Source: Callorhinchus milii
Taxonomy: Eukaryota
Direction of reading: 5' to 3'
Length of the DNA: 64,000 bases
NCBI RefSeq assembly: GCF_018977255.1
Contig: NW_024704743.1
Coordinates: forward strand, 74,402,001-74,466,000
Shown here piece by piece: positions 38,295-51,700 of the stretch. The notes under the pieces are model-generated. The model had not been told where the DNA came from and ran no database searches. It saw nothing but the letters and a program-made list of their open reading frames with translations. The position numbers and the translations under genes were made by a program. Every line of letters starts with the position of its first letter. Position 1 is the stretch's first letter.

Positions 38295-38760
38295 GTCTGA
38301 CACATGTGGAAAGTCAACACCATGCTTAACAGTATCAGACTAAGAGTTCTACATATGGAAATATTGCTGTGTCTGGAATGGAATGTGCACTTTCTCCCTG
38401 GATGCTTATCTAATTCCGGGAGTATCAGGTTGGCAAAAGCCAAGGCTTGGACACCTCAGAGTGTGTATTGGGGTACTGTTGAAGGTCAACTAGCTAAAAC
38501 CTCATAGCTTCCCATTGGAAGCACTATCTGTCAAGATTCCCACTGCTTGTGCGGCTGGGCCCACTCTACCCGTTATGGCTTTGGCTTGCAGGGTTAACAG
38601 AATCTGAGTGGGTTGACTCCCTGCCCCCAGTGACTGCTCTGCTCCTCCAAGTCTTGTGATGAGCCAGGGTGGCTGTTCTGTCATCAGCAGTGCCCTGGAA
38701 TACTGCGGACCCGCCGGGCTCAGGAACTGAACTACCGAGACCGCCACAGAGGGTTGGCTG
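38295..38760 (+). repeat. Unclassified interspersed repeat. Other copies at 35296-36045 (+, interrupted) and 32140-32430 (-), fragments at 36143-36197 (+) and 37995-38065 (-)
   Basis: Shared blocks tggaatgtgcact, caggttggcaa.agccaa, cagggttaacag, tgccctggaatactgc, ggctcaggaac. Confidence 0.8.
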
Positions 38761-41700
38761 ATTCTGATATTCCATTGCTAGGCATATCACCATGGATCTA
38801 GCACCGTCTACTTCCCCCCACCCCCCCACACCCACCTCAGGAGGAAATGCAGCAAGAAAAAATTAAGTGAAATGTTGCTGATATTTTACAGCGCCTGAAG
38901 ACTATTAATAAGTTGAACACCAATTATATATATCATCACAGACTCCCAGCATGTTTACACACAGGAGGAAGACATTTGGCCTATTATATCTGTGCTTGTG
39001 CCTGTTGTCTCACTCGAGCAATGTATTCTAATGCCACGCCCATGTTCTTTTCTTGTACACTCTAAAAAGTAAAGTGATGTAATCAATTCTCTTTGAAATG
39101 TTTATGATGTAAAGATGTTCACGATAATGGCAGTGTCAGGTTCAGAAGAGTGAAGGTGAATGAAGAGTTTAGATTTATCTACATTGTAAGGAGTTGAGCA
39201 ATGTGTGGAACTGACTGTGGATGAGGTATTCGTCAGGATATTCAAAATTAGAATAGTGTTTGACACAAGTGGAGCAAAGAGAGATCCAAGCAAAATTAGA
39301 TCAACTCGACACACTGTAATGGTCTATACTGATTGTGAATATTCCTGTCCTCCTATCACAAAATCACAAGAGTCATTTGGATGAAGAAGGTCCGTTGGAT
39401 CACTTAAGTTCATCTTACCAGAATCTCTACTCTGCCTTACATAGAATTAGTGTCCAAAGAGTTTAGAAGACGTAAAAGTTGTTGTAAGTCGCTGCTGAGT
39501 TCTGGCAGTTATCCAGAAGTGGATCACCTCTAACTCCGATGTTTACACACAAATTAATTACAACTCAGTCACTCAGATATTGTTGAGTTCTTTGAAACCG
39601 CAGCACCCAGATAGGGATCAAAGTAAAACATTTGAAAAAGCACATCCCAAACATTCTCTGATTGCAAAATAACAAAACCTGAGCATTTCAAAAGTCAGCT
39701 CCAACAGGGAACCAACTTATGACAATGATTTTAGAATGTTTCTTTCTTACACACCTTATCGTCAGAAAACAGCCATGCTGCCTCACAAGCATGTTTAGAA
39801 ATTGCCCTTTTCACAATTCTGTGAGCCTTGGCTCCTTATGGAAAAAGGGACGGAAGCTCTCTCCATCTTTTAATCCCAAAGTAGAAATAAACATGAGCCC
39901 CAGAATGTAAATAGATCAGATTCAGAAACATGATTGTTCGGAAGCTAGGGGTGTATAATGTCAAAAGATCAGCATGCCTCCATTAAAAAGCCTTTGGGAT
40001 TTAATTCCGCGGACATTATTTTAGCTGTTCAATATTGTAAATTGCTAAAGTATACAATAAATAGCAGGGATAGCAAACAGCTTGTGCTGTAATTTTATTA
40101 CAATGATGCCATCAAATAATTGTCCTGAAATTTGGAAAAGCTACTATTGTTTGTTGTCCTCAGACGGCTCTCTACAGTAGCAGTGACACTATTCAGGATG
40201 ATTATACACCCCTCTCCCTCCCATCCCAAGTCTTATATTGCAAGAAGATAGAGGCCTGAAGGAGTATGGGGATAGGGCAGGGCAGTGGGATTGAATGAAC
40301 ACCTTGTACTCAGAGCCCATGCAGAATTGATGGGCTGAATGGCCTCCTTGTGGGCTGTAATTTCTGATCGTACAAATACAAAATCTGGAACTATTTTTGT
40401 ATATTTCACCATTTAAAAATAGTCAACATCGATTATGGAATGGTGACTGGAACCAGACCAGTAGTTTTCCAAAAGGAAACAAGGGTATGAAAAGCTGACC
40501 CGTCTGAAAACAATGAACATTTTACATTAATGGCACATTTAAGTGCTCCAAGACTCTATCCAGGGTGAAGAGTGCTATATAAATGCAAGTTGTTGTTGCT
40601 GTAAGATTTGGTGAGATCAAATGACCTGTAAACCTCTATTTGCTAATAGTGTAATTGTGCTGAGCAGATTTTTTCATATCCCATCAGACAATACTTCTCA
40701 TGTCATCCATCCATAAATATATTATTTTCTTTTCCTGCCAGCACTGACTAATAGGCTGATGCTTCCTGAGGAGAAGCTCAAAGCTGCATTAGTTGCAGAT
40801 GTTTGATTGATTTAAAGCAAGCAGCCTGACCACCACAGCTCTTGCAGGGCCTTTCTTCCTGTCACTTGCCTGAAGGGTTAGCTTGGAAATGCAATTAAAG
40901 TGCTTGAGAGTGCATTTTCCTTTGATACAAGACTAATGATGTTAAGTCTTTACTGATGACAGCGACGGATTTAACAGCTTCCATGTCCACTAGAAGTAAC
41001 GCACACCAGTATAATGTGTTACATAATGGGCAAGTAAAAACATGTATTTATATGTGCATATGAAATGGAACTAAATAACATGAGTAGAAAAACGTCGAGA
41101 GAGAACAGAGAGAGAGATAACATAGAGGCAGAAAATGAAGTGATTATGGAAAAGATTAAAGTGAAAGAAACTGAATCAATGAATAAGTGCAACCAAAATT
41201 GTGAGAGAAAATAATAGGAATGGAAAAGTGAGAGCAAACTATTGGTTATTAATTGCCTAAAGTAGGAATGGGAAATAATGCAAGTCAAAGGGATATATTT
41301 TGGTAAGCAGTTAGATACCAAATATCAGAGACATCAACCTTGGAAGCATTGCTCCTCCAGAATGTAATTCTCATGGACATAATAACCATAGACATAGAGC
41401 TTTACATATGGCTACAACAATGGCTCAAACTTTTCCAAATATCCACAAGGACTGTTATGAGATGGTAAGAGTAATGGAAAATTGTTCTGTATAGCAGTAT
41501 TTCTATATGGATAATTATTTCCACAGTTTATTTCAGAGGAAATCAGAATCAAAATAATGGTTTTGGTATCTCATAAAGAAGTCTGACTATTTTTGTCAGT
41601 GCTACATGATTCTCAATCTTTCACGTACTAGGTTAAATGATTTATGCCAAAGCACAAGTTCACATGAGAGGTTCAGGTGAAGAAGATTCTTGACCCATTG

Positions 41701-42007
41701 ATTTCATTCTTCCAGAATAGCAACGCTATTGTCCTCACACTATCTAAGATTGGAGAATCTAGCCATCACTCTGACATAGGCAGTAAGGGCATTGATGCTC
41801 TGTAACCTGGAGAAAGATACCACAATGATAACCTTAGGCAAGTAGAGAGAACAATAGGAGCAGGACATGACTCTTCACAAACTTTAACAACAACAAATTG
41901 CATTTATTATAGTGCTTTTCATGTAGGGAGAACATAGGGAGAACATCCCAGGCACGTGGGCTGAAAGGCATACATGTGGCCAAAATGTTCTGCACACTCA
42001 AGAGAAG

Positions 42008-42328
42008 ATAATAAATAATAAAATAATACTTGCATTTGATATAGCTCTTTTCACGTCTTCTAGACGTCTCAAAGCGCTTCACAGAATAGACTGTAAAGTG
42101 AATTGACTGTATATTTTAGGACGAAATGCGGCAGCCAATTGCGCACAACAGTGTCCCACAAACAGTCGTGGATTGAAGTGACCGATTTATTATTGTTTTA
42201 TTTTCTTGAGGGATTATTATCAGGCGTGTGGAGTAAGGAAACTTGCCCAAGGTTTCACCCTGCCGGGAATCGAACCCAGGTCTTTCGCTTGCAAAGCAAG
42301 TGCTCTAACCACTGAGCTACAGGACTCC
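42008..42328 (-). mobile_element. Full-length short tRNA-derived SINE with intact A and B boxes
   Basis: Reverse complement GGAGTCCTGTAGCTCAGTGGTTAGAGC...GGTTCGATTCCC; same family as the 24139 copy. Confidence 0.9.
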
Positions 42329-42534
42329 ACATATCGAGGATATTGATTGGAAGGGTCAACAATTCCAATTGTTGATTCTTATTGATACCTGGGGCTTGGA
42401 CACTGTCCCGAAGGAGCGGGCAGAGAAGGAGCGAAGTGTACTCTGGTCATTCTCTTCAAGAATAGTTAGGCCCCGATGCAGGTCAAGCTTGTGGCTTTTT
42501 GAGGCCACACCTCCAGTTACACCTTTCACTAAAC

Positions 42535-44810
42535 CACAAGGCATAATCGCCGTGGTTCTCATCTCCCGGTCCCCCCTTGGCCTTTCCCCTTACTCCTCCA
42601 GAACCTTCCCCTCCTTTGAACACCTTACCCTCTACTACCCCTTCAGGCTTTCCTTTAAAATCCTCCTTGTTTACCGTCTCCCCAAGCCTTCCCCCACCTT
42701 CCTCTCGGACATCGCCACCCTCCCATGTTCCCTCTCCCTCTGCTCTGAACCCCTCCTTATCTTAGGCGACTTCAACCTCCACTTAACCCCCTCCTGCTCT
42801 ACCTCTGCCGACTTCTCCGCCCTCCTCTCTTCCCTCAACCTCTCCCTCCTCATCCACTCCCCCACCCACATCCGTGGCCACCCCCTTGACCATCACCCAG
42901 GGCCTCCCTGCCTCGAACATCACCATCGTCGATAAAGCCATCTCGGACCACTACTTCATCTCCCTCAACACCTCAGTCCCCCTTCCCCCTTCCCAACCCT
43001 CCACCATTACATACCGTCCATGGAAAAAAATTTCCTCCCTCTCCACTGCTCTGGAGTCATCTGAACTTCTAAACCTCTGGCCCTCACTGACCGATCTCCC
43101 CTCCTCATTCTCCTTACTCCACAACTCCCTTTCCTTCATTCTGGACTCTCTTGCCCCCCTCACCTTCCAAACTGCCTTATACTCCTGTAAATCCCCCTGG
43201 TACACAGCCATCTCTGTTCACTCAAGGCACAAGTGTGAGCTGCCGAACGCGCCTGGACCAAATCCAAACTAACTGTCCATCGGCAAATTTGGCTTCACCA
43301 CACCAAGACCTACCGCTGCGCTCTTGCCTCCGCCAAATCCTCCTCCTACTCCAAGGTTATCTTGGAGGCAAAGGACAATATCCGGCTTCTCTTTTCCACC
43401 ACTAACTGTCTTCTCCGTCCACCTTCCCATACCGTGCCCATCCTCTCCCCAAATTCCAACTGTGAGGAGATGCTGGACTTCCTTGAATCTAAAATCGAGG
43501 GGATACGTTCAGCCACCTCAGCCCCGTCCACAGCCACCCCCACATCACCTCTCCCTCATGACCCATCCCCCGTCCATCCCCCCCATACTCCTTCGACCCT
43601 ATCTCTCCCTCCTCCCTCACCACGACTGTCCACAAACTCAAACTCACCACCTGCTCCCTCGATCCCATCCCCACCTCTCTCCTCATCTCCCAGCTCCACC
43701 TTCTAATCCCCCCTCCTGTCCGATGTCATCAACCTCTCCCTGTCCACTGGTTCAGTTTCCACCCTCTTAAAAACAGCCGTCATCACCCCCATCCTGAAAA
43801 AACCTTCCCTGGATCCATTCCTCCTCTCCAGCTACCGCCCCATCTCTAACCTCCCATTCCTCTCCAAGGTCCTGGAATGAGTCGTTGTGTCCCAGCTCCG
43901 CACCTTTCTCTCTCGCCATTCCCTCTTTGAACCCCTCCAATCCGAGATCCGCGCTGCCCACAGCACGGAAACAGCCCGGGTCAAACTCACTAATGACATT
44001 CTGAACATCTGTCATCAGGGCTCCCTCTGCCTCCTTGTCCTTCTCGACCTCTCTGCCGCCATCGACACTGTCGACTACTCCATCCTCATACACTGCCTCT
44101 CCGCTTTACTCAGTCTTCATGGACCTACCCTTGCCTGGTTCGATTCCTATCTCTCTCACCGTCTCCACTTCGTTGCCTCTAACGGTTTCTCCTCCAGGCC
44201 ACTGAAACTCTTGTTCATGCCTTCATCACCTCCAGGCTCGACTATGCAAATGCTCTGCTTATCAGCCTTCCCAACTCCTCCCTCCACAGGCTGCAGATAA
44301 TCCAGAACTCTGCAGCCCGTGTCCTCTCCCGCACCAAACTCCGTGACCCCATCTCTCCCACTCTCGCCCGACTCCACTGGCTCCCTATCCTTCAGAGGAT
44401 CCAGTTCAAGATCCTGGTCCTCACATACAAAGCCCTCCATAGCCTCACCCCACCCTACCTCTGCGACCTCCTAACCCCCTACCAACCCACCTGATCCCTC
44501 TGCTCAGCCGGCTCTGGCCTGCTCCACGTCCCCACCATTGGTGGGAGAGCCTTCAGCCACTTTGCCCCAACCTCTGGAATTCCATCCCCCAGTCACTCCG
44601 CCTCGCCCCCTCCTTAGCCTCCTTCAAGTCCCACTTCAAGACCCTCCTCTTCAACCATGCCATCGGCCACCCACCTTCCCCTCTCCTCCCTTACCCCCCC
44701 CAACCCCAGCTCGGGTCTGAAATGCTGTATTCTGTCCAGCGCCTTGGAATGTCCTGCTGACGTGAAAGGCGCAATAGAAATGAAATCTTGTTGTTGTTAT
44801 TGTTGTTGTG
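42535..44810 (+). mobile_element. Long L2 LINE ORF2 relic (APE endonuclease plus partial RT, internally deleted near 44200)
   Basis: LLILGDFNLH, PTHIRGHPLD, SDH, YRPISNLPFLSK, HSTETA, LLDLSAAIDTVD; frameshifts and stops; YADD region absent; (TTG)n tail. Confidence 0.92.
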
Positions 44811-46004
44811 GCATATAAAGCATGTGTGAAAAACAGTTCTCCTTTCATGGTTCTGAGGTGTTGGGGTTGGAGCGGAGAGAATTTCTCTGGCTTATATGAT
44901 ACGACTTATGTGAGTTTCGCATAAGTCATATTAAGTATATGGTCCCAACTGATACGGCTTACGTAAGGTTCACTGTACCTACCATTAAAAATATGGTCTT
45001 ATGAAGTTGTAAATTTGCCACATTCCAGCATCAATAACAGGTTTTTTCTCTGTAGAGTTTAGTACCGGCAATAAATGGTAGCCCATTCGTTCCATGTACA
45101 GTACCGCACAGTATTGGTATGATACATTTTCTTCTGGTTCTCAAGATAATCATTCAAAGTTTGTGGCTTTAAATCAAATTTGGAGGCAATGTCTGATGGC
45201 ATGATGGCTGCTCAAAACCTTGTCTTCCGTACTTGTTCACTGTACATGCGAGCCTTCGGCATTGCAGACGGCAAGTGCACATGACCGGTTGGGACTTTGG
45301 TTTTGAACTGGCAGCCGGTAAGTTCTGTAGCAGCAAGTGCGGTAGCAGCGTCACGAGTTGTGCAATTGTTGATAAGACTAGTCTAGATACATTTAAGTGG
45401 ATTTAATAGAGTTTTAATGGGACTTGGGCAGATGTACGACTTAGACGATTATACAATTTTACAGATCAGATTAGTTCGAGAAGAGCTTCAGTATCTTCAG
45501 AGAGTCTCTGCATTTTACAACAAAGAGCTCCTTATAGACCACGCAGTTTAACATACAGAAGCTCAACTCCAAGTTCTCATCAGTAATTCAAAGTGACACA
45601 GAGTGCTACGGCACGGAAGTAGGCCATTCAGCCCAACAAGTCTGTGCCAGTGTTCATACTCCACACAAGCTCTCTCCCTTCCTATTCCCCTCGCCTGTAC
45701 CCCTCTATTTCTTTTTCTCTCAATAAAGCCTTGTTTCTCTTAAACACATTGCTTCATGCCTACACTTGCTTCAACCACAGTTTCCGGCAGTGAGTTCCTC
45801 ATAAACAAAATGATTGTTTGCCATTACAGGAGGTGATAAGTGAAACTACATCACTTCTCAACAGTGAGGGGGAAATATTGCAGGCTAGCCCTCTGGGCTC
45901 GAGATCTGGGACAATCATGGGACATGGAAAATAACTGGTCATTACCTCTCCAACATAACAGATCTGGATTATAGGTTTATCAAACATATAGTTTTCTGAA
46001 CTAT

Positions 46005-46620
46005 ATGGGGGGAGGATGGATGGGAGTGGGGGAGGGAAAAAAGAGAGTGGGGAGAGAAGGGGAAGGGGAGGACGAGAGAGAGGGGGATGGTAGAGAGGGG
46101 AAGGTAGAGGGGGGGAGAGGGGGGAGTGAGGGGGGAGGGAGAGAACCAAGAGTATATGCATGAGAGAGAGAGAGAGAGAGCAATTGAGAGAAAGTGTGAG
46201 AGAGAAAGAGTGAGGGGGGAGTAAGTGTGAGGGAGGGGGAAGAGAAAGAAATAGAGAGAGAATGGGATGCGGGGAAATTGAGAGAGAGTGATTGAGAGAG
46301 ATTTTGAGAGGGGATGAAGAGAGAGTGTGTGGGAGAGGGGTGTGTGTAAGAGAGTAATTGAGAGAGTAATTGAGAGAGGGAGAGAGTGATTGAGAGGAGA
46401 GAGATGGAGGGTGAGAAGAAAGAGAGTGTGAGAGGGTGTGAGAAGAGGAATAAGAGAGAGTAATTGAAAGAGAAGAATGTATAAGAGAGAAGAGTGTGTG
46501 AGTGGGTGCGAGAGAGTACATGCAAGGGTGGGGAGAGAGTGATTGAGGGAGAGAGAGCACGAGGGAGAGGGAGAGAGGGAAACAAAAAGAGTGACAGAGC
46601 AGAGAGAGGAGAATTGAGGG
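46005..46620. repeat. Low-complexity polypurine (GA/G-run) tract
   Basis: About 600 nt almost entirely G/A, with recurring gtgattgagag units. Confidence 0.9.
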
Positions 46621-48388
46621 CAGCGTTTTGTGGTTCACTATCAGAACAGATGATGGAAGCTTCCCTTCGCCACTGAGGGGGTGGGGACCGAGGACGGACA
46701 CTGAGTGATGTGATGTGCAGTTTCCTCACAGAAACCTCCATCTTTCCCCAGTGAAAAACTGCTCCACATCCTTCATTCCACCCCCCTTCCCACCCTCTCT
46801 CTGCGACCTCCCAACCTGGCCATTCCCTGTGCAGAGCAAACACCAGCTTGTTTCATATCCCCCCCACCACATTGTCATTTGGCCCCCGCTCCCTGGAGTT
46901 TCATTCCTGCAGTCCCTCCGACTCCCTCCTGCCCTCCACTGTTTCAAGGCATGTCACAACCTAATTCTTTGACCACGCTTTCGGTCATTTTTCCCCTCCC
47001 TATCCCACCTCTCTCGGCTCCCACCCCCAGCTCAGGTGCCCAACTGACAGTACAAAGATGTCCTTCCAACATAAAAAAGGTGCTGTGTAAATGTTGTTAC
47101 ATTTCTGAAAGGTAAATACAAAATATTGCAATATTCTCAAATAGGGAATCCAGGCTGCAACAGCCAAAAGGCTGGATCCCCGGATCAGACTGTGACTGAT
47201 ACTATTTACTCTTAGAACTGGATGGAGTTTGTCCTCATGATTATATTTTTAAAAAGAACAATCAATGATTCAAGTGCAGCATGGTACACAATGTAATAAA
47301 TTACCATTTATCTTCTTGTTATCCTCCAAAACTGATCAGCTACACTGTAAGCAGTCGCCTCACTTACTAACTGCTTCTTTCAATTTGTTCCCTTTTGATT
47401 GTTGGGAAGATTTCCAAAGGCCTGTGACAAAGTGCCTGAAAGCTCACCTGGCAATGCTGGACAACTGTATTTGTTCACAGAAACAATGTGCACTCCAGTA
47501 AAATCACTAGAATAGGAGGCGCTAATTATTGTACCACAGGAGCCACTGTTACTTCTGATCTTATGGTTTGATACTGGAGCCTCATATGTTCACCCACAGG
47601 ATACACACAGCCACATCACTTTATAGTGGATGCTGTAGAGCGCTTTGAGACATCTCAATGATGTGATTTGGCTCTATGTAAGGATGATTATCGTTTATTA
47701 TTTATTAATAATTATAAAACAAGTAAAGTCATATTGCTTTAAACAGCAAATCACTGCTACAAACAGTCAGTACACATCACAGTAAATCCTGTGAATCACT
47801 TTGAGATGTCCTCCACATGCGAAAGGTGCTATATTAAATTATTATTATTACTATCAAAAATAGATTTTGATTTCAAAAGCGAAAATACAGACATTTAAAT
47901 GGAGAATGAACCACTGTAAATTAATCTCAGACTTTTCAACATTGAATTGCGTGCATTGCTGAAAGAAATATACCACAAAGTATAATTTAAGAACTAATTA
48001 TTTGCAGAAAATAAGGGTACGATTCTGGAACCGGGTTTATTTCACTCAGTAGAATTGCAGTACTTGGAATACATACCAGATGATCTATCAAGATTTACCC
48101 TTCACTTTCAGTATTCAGTGTAGTGCAATGAACCCTGGTATCTTGGCCTTTTGTTTGCTCTGTGGAATCATTGAATCACTGAATGTTTGCAGCATAGAAG
48201 GAGGCCACTCAACCCATCACGTGTGTGCTTGTCCTGGCACCCTACTAGAGCAATCTGCTCTTATCCTCTGCTTTTTCATTATACTCTTTAATAGTATTTT
48301 TTTCTCAAGGTAGAGCCAATTCCCTTTTAAATGCTATAAACTTGGTCTCATATAATTTTTGCATTTGATCTACTTATAGTGCCTTTCC

Positions 48389-48799
48389 CAGGGCATTTTT
48401 TTTNAGGTATTGTCACTAGTGGTGACTGAACCCGAAGGAGCATTTGTATCCCACATCCAGAAGCATTAAACACAGATTTCTAAAGATGAAGCAATGGTTC
48501 ATATATTTGTTTCAAACCTTAGGATGATTTAAATAATATGAAAATAGAAATCTAATAGGTAATAATCATGCAATGTCTTTAATTATCAAATAATATTCTG
48601 TAAAATTTACCTAAAATTCTGTAAATACTGCCTAAATGGTAACTGCTCAGCAACTGCCAACAAAATCATCATTACCTTTATTATTATGATGATGGTGGAA
48701 GGGAAATTTTCTGCTAGGGAATTTTGAAATTACTACTGGGAAATTCGTAAGGGCTAGTAGGGACTTTCTCCACCACTTTATATTCTAAAAAATGTGCTG
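48389..48799. mobile_element. hAT-type non-autonomous DNA transposon (411 bp)
   Basis: Imperfect TIRs CAGGGCATTTTTT / AAAAAATGTGCTG with an 8 bp target duplication GCCTTTCC (48381-48388) / TCCTTTCC (48800-48807). Confidence 0.75.
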
Positions 48800-51700
48800 T
48801 CCTTTCCCGCCGACAAAATCCCTTATCCCTCAAAGCTCTTCACAGGAACTTACTGTTAAGTAACTGCGTATTAAGATTTGCCGGTGAACATGGCAGCCAT
48901 TTTAAGCACAACATTGTCCACCAAATAACCATGAATTGAGTAACCAATGGGATTCGAGATAGGATCAAGGATAGGCACTCGTGTATAGACACCAGTGGAA
49001 TGGATGCCAGAAGGGCTGTCTCTGAGCTATACCTGCTATAAATGCATGAATCTGGTAGACTATCGGCTAGTATACCGGGAGAAACTCTGTTCTCTTTTCA
49101 AGTACTGTCATGGGATCTTTAACGTCCACATCAACAGGCAGATGGGACATTTTCATTTCGTCCACGGATGAAAATACAGCACTTCCCCATCACTGCACCT
49201 GAGTGTCAGCCTAAACTATGAGCTCAAAGACCCAGTGTGAGTCACAACTTTCTGACTCAGAGGTGAGACTGACCCAGGCTGATACCAATTATTATGATTA
49301 ATAATGCTCACATTATTATTAATCAGTCTAAAGGGCAGAGTATTGTGAGCTCGTACATACAACTGTTTAGTCTCCAGCATCAGAGAATTTTACCTGTATC
49401 TCTGGCCTTGAAAGTCACATCAAAGTTTGAATCTGCAGCGTAGCTTAGTTTAGCTTAGCTTAGTGTGCACAGGTTAATACCTGGGCTGCTTTTTGTTGGA
49501 AGTGAAGGGAGTACTGCATCTCAGGCCATTTTATCAGTGGTATCACCTAGGGCCCTGCTCACTTCTGATATTTTGCACGACTCAAACATCAGCCTATTTT
49601 GGTACTAAGAATAATAACAATGCAGTAGATAAAGGTATTAGATAGCAGTGCTTTGCATTTACTCATTATTGTATGTTTTTGGAATCCCTTAAGTGCAATG
49701 AATTACAATATAAAATCATTAAGTGAAGGAGACGGAAAATATTTCCGAGCTAGTTTTCTTTCAATGGTATTTTGTCAAGAAAACACTTTTGCTTATTGAC
49801 TGATGTGGGTGCCCGAATATTCCTTTAGAAATAATGAGTAAAAATGTTAGGAAGGATTTTTCTTTTTGTGTGCCGAGCTTCATGTCAAATTGCAGACTGT
49901 TCTCTGCAATGGAACCAGCGTACAACTTGCATTAATGTAGCGCCTTTCATGTAAAAAAAAATGTCTCAAAGTGTTTCACAAAATGAAAATAATTAGAAAT
50001 TAAGTGAATGTTGTTGTGGAGGCAAAATGCGGCAACTAATCTGTGCTAGCAACAAACCTGCAGCTTGGCTGACATTTTTTTTATTAGGGTCAAAATTGCA
50101 AAACATGTTCCATTCCTTAACTAAGGAACTATATTAAAACATGTTGTGAAATATCTCCCCACCCCCCCACCCAGACCTCTGAATAACAATAGTGTCCAAA
50201 CCCACTGAAAGAGTAGGCGTAGTGAGTTCACTGTCTTTCAAGTGTGAAGAAATCTTTTAGGTGCCACTTACAGGCCTTGGAACTCATAATCTATGCTGAC
50301 ACTCCAATGCAGTGCTGGAGGTTGCTGCATTATTGGAGATGCTATACTTTAGATGAGACTTTAAACTGAAGGTCCCTTCGGCTTGTTCAGGTGAACATTG
50401 AATATCCCATGGTGCTATTCAAAAAAAAACTAAGAAGATTCTTTGAGTGTTCTGGCCAACAATCCCCCAAATAAAATTCAAAACTCCATGGCTGTTTGTA
50501 GGGCATTACTGTGAATCAATGGCTGCCATGTTTGTCTACAAATACAGTCACTACACAGTATAAACAGAGCTCTACAGTGTATCCTGTGAAGCACTTTGAG
50601 ACTTCCTCCTGATATGAAAGGTGCGATGTGAAATACAAGGATCATTATTGCATCAATTCAGTTATTACATATGATAAGAAGTTGTAATTATATATTGATT
50701 GTTCAAAACTAGTGTTTTGTGGTACTTCATAAAATATATTTCATAGGGATTAAGTGACTGTTACTACTTTGGCAAATGTGGCAACAAGTCATGGCCAGTG
50801 ATGTCCCACAAACAACAAGTGAAATTAAAATTGAGGAGGAAAAAAATGAAAGGAATAAAGAGACATGGAATATGAGTAAAAATGGGAAAAATAAAATAGA
50901 AGATGGAAAAGTGGAAACGAAGAACTGGGTGAGAGCCCATACACTCAAACAGTGGCCTGGATCTGGTACAGTCCCACCTTAGCTTCTATCTGTACAGGAG
51001 TTAAATCTTTGTTTTACTCAAAAAGAGAGATAAAAGGCTCTACTGATCACATAAAACGTGCTCATTCACTTTATGGTTGTTTGTGGGACATTGCTGTGAG
51101 CAAACTGGCTGCTGTGATCTACAAAAATACAGTTACTACAAATTACAGGAAATACTGTGAAGCGCTTTGAGACAACAATAACAATTTGCAGTTATATAAA
51201 GCGTCCCAGAGTGCTTGACAGTGGCAGAGCACAGACATCCTTTGAATGTGAAAGGCGCTGTACCAAATGTATCCTGTAGAGTGGCAGTGAAAGGCCAGAG
51301 TCTGACATAAAAACACTTCAATAATGTTTGCTAAAAAAAGTCCAGAATCCGGTCAGCAGAGTCTGTGGCCACCAGAACAGACTAATGTACGCATACTTGC
51401 TGCACTGATACACGCAAAACTGGCTAAATTATTTTTAATCTCTTCTTATCGGTGCAACCTAAAAGAACGTATTTATAAACCGCCTCAGTCTCTTGGCTGG
51501 TCTGTGTCACTGCGTCAATAACAGTGTCGGATGTCTGACTGGCACAAAATGCTTGATCAATAAAAAATAAAGAAATGTAGCTGGAGAAAAACAAGTCACA
51601 GAGCAGACATAGACACATGCAATTCCAGGGAGGTTGACCCTCCCCTAGTAATGCACAGAGTCCCCAGGAAAGTACAAACATGCACATCAAACATCAGAAC

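Noticed and set aside
42258..42328. tRNA-Ala(TGC)-like sequence (also near 20680, 24140 and 53080)
   Set aside because: Continues into SINE body and tail and lacks a proper acceptor stem; it is a SINE head, not a tRNA gene
42535..44810. Active LINE
   Set aside because: Multiple frameshifts and stops, and the RT catalytic region is deleted
45799..46843. 300 aa and 280 aa Ser/Leu/Pro-rich ORFs on the - strand
   Set aside because: Product of the polypyrimidine strand of a low-complexity tract
50776..50982. Lys/Glu/Asn-rich 68 aa ORF
   Set aside because: SINE remnant followed by purine-rich low-complexity sequence
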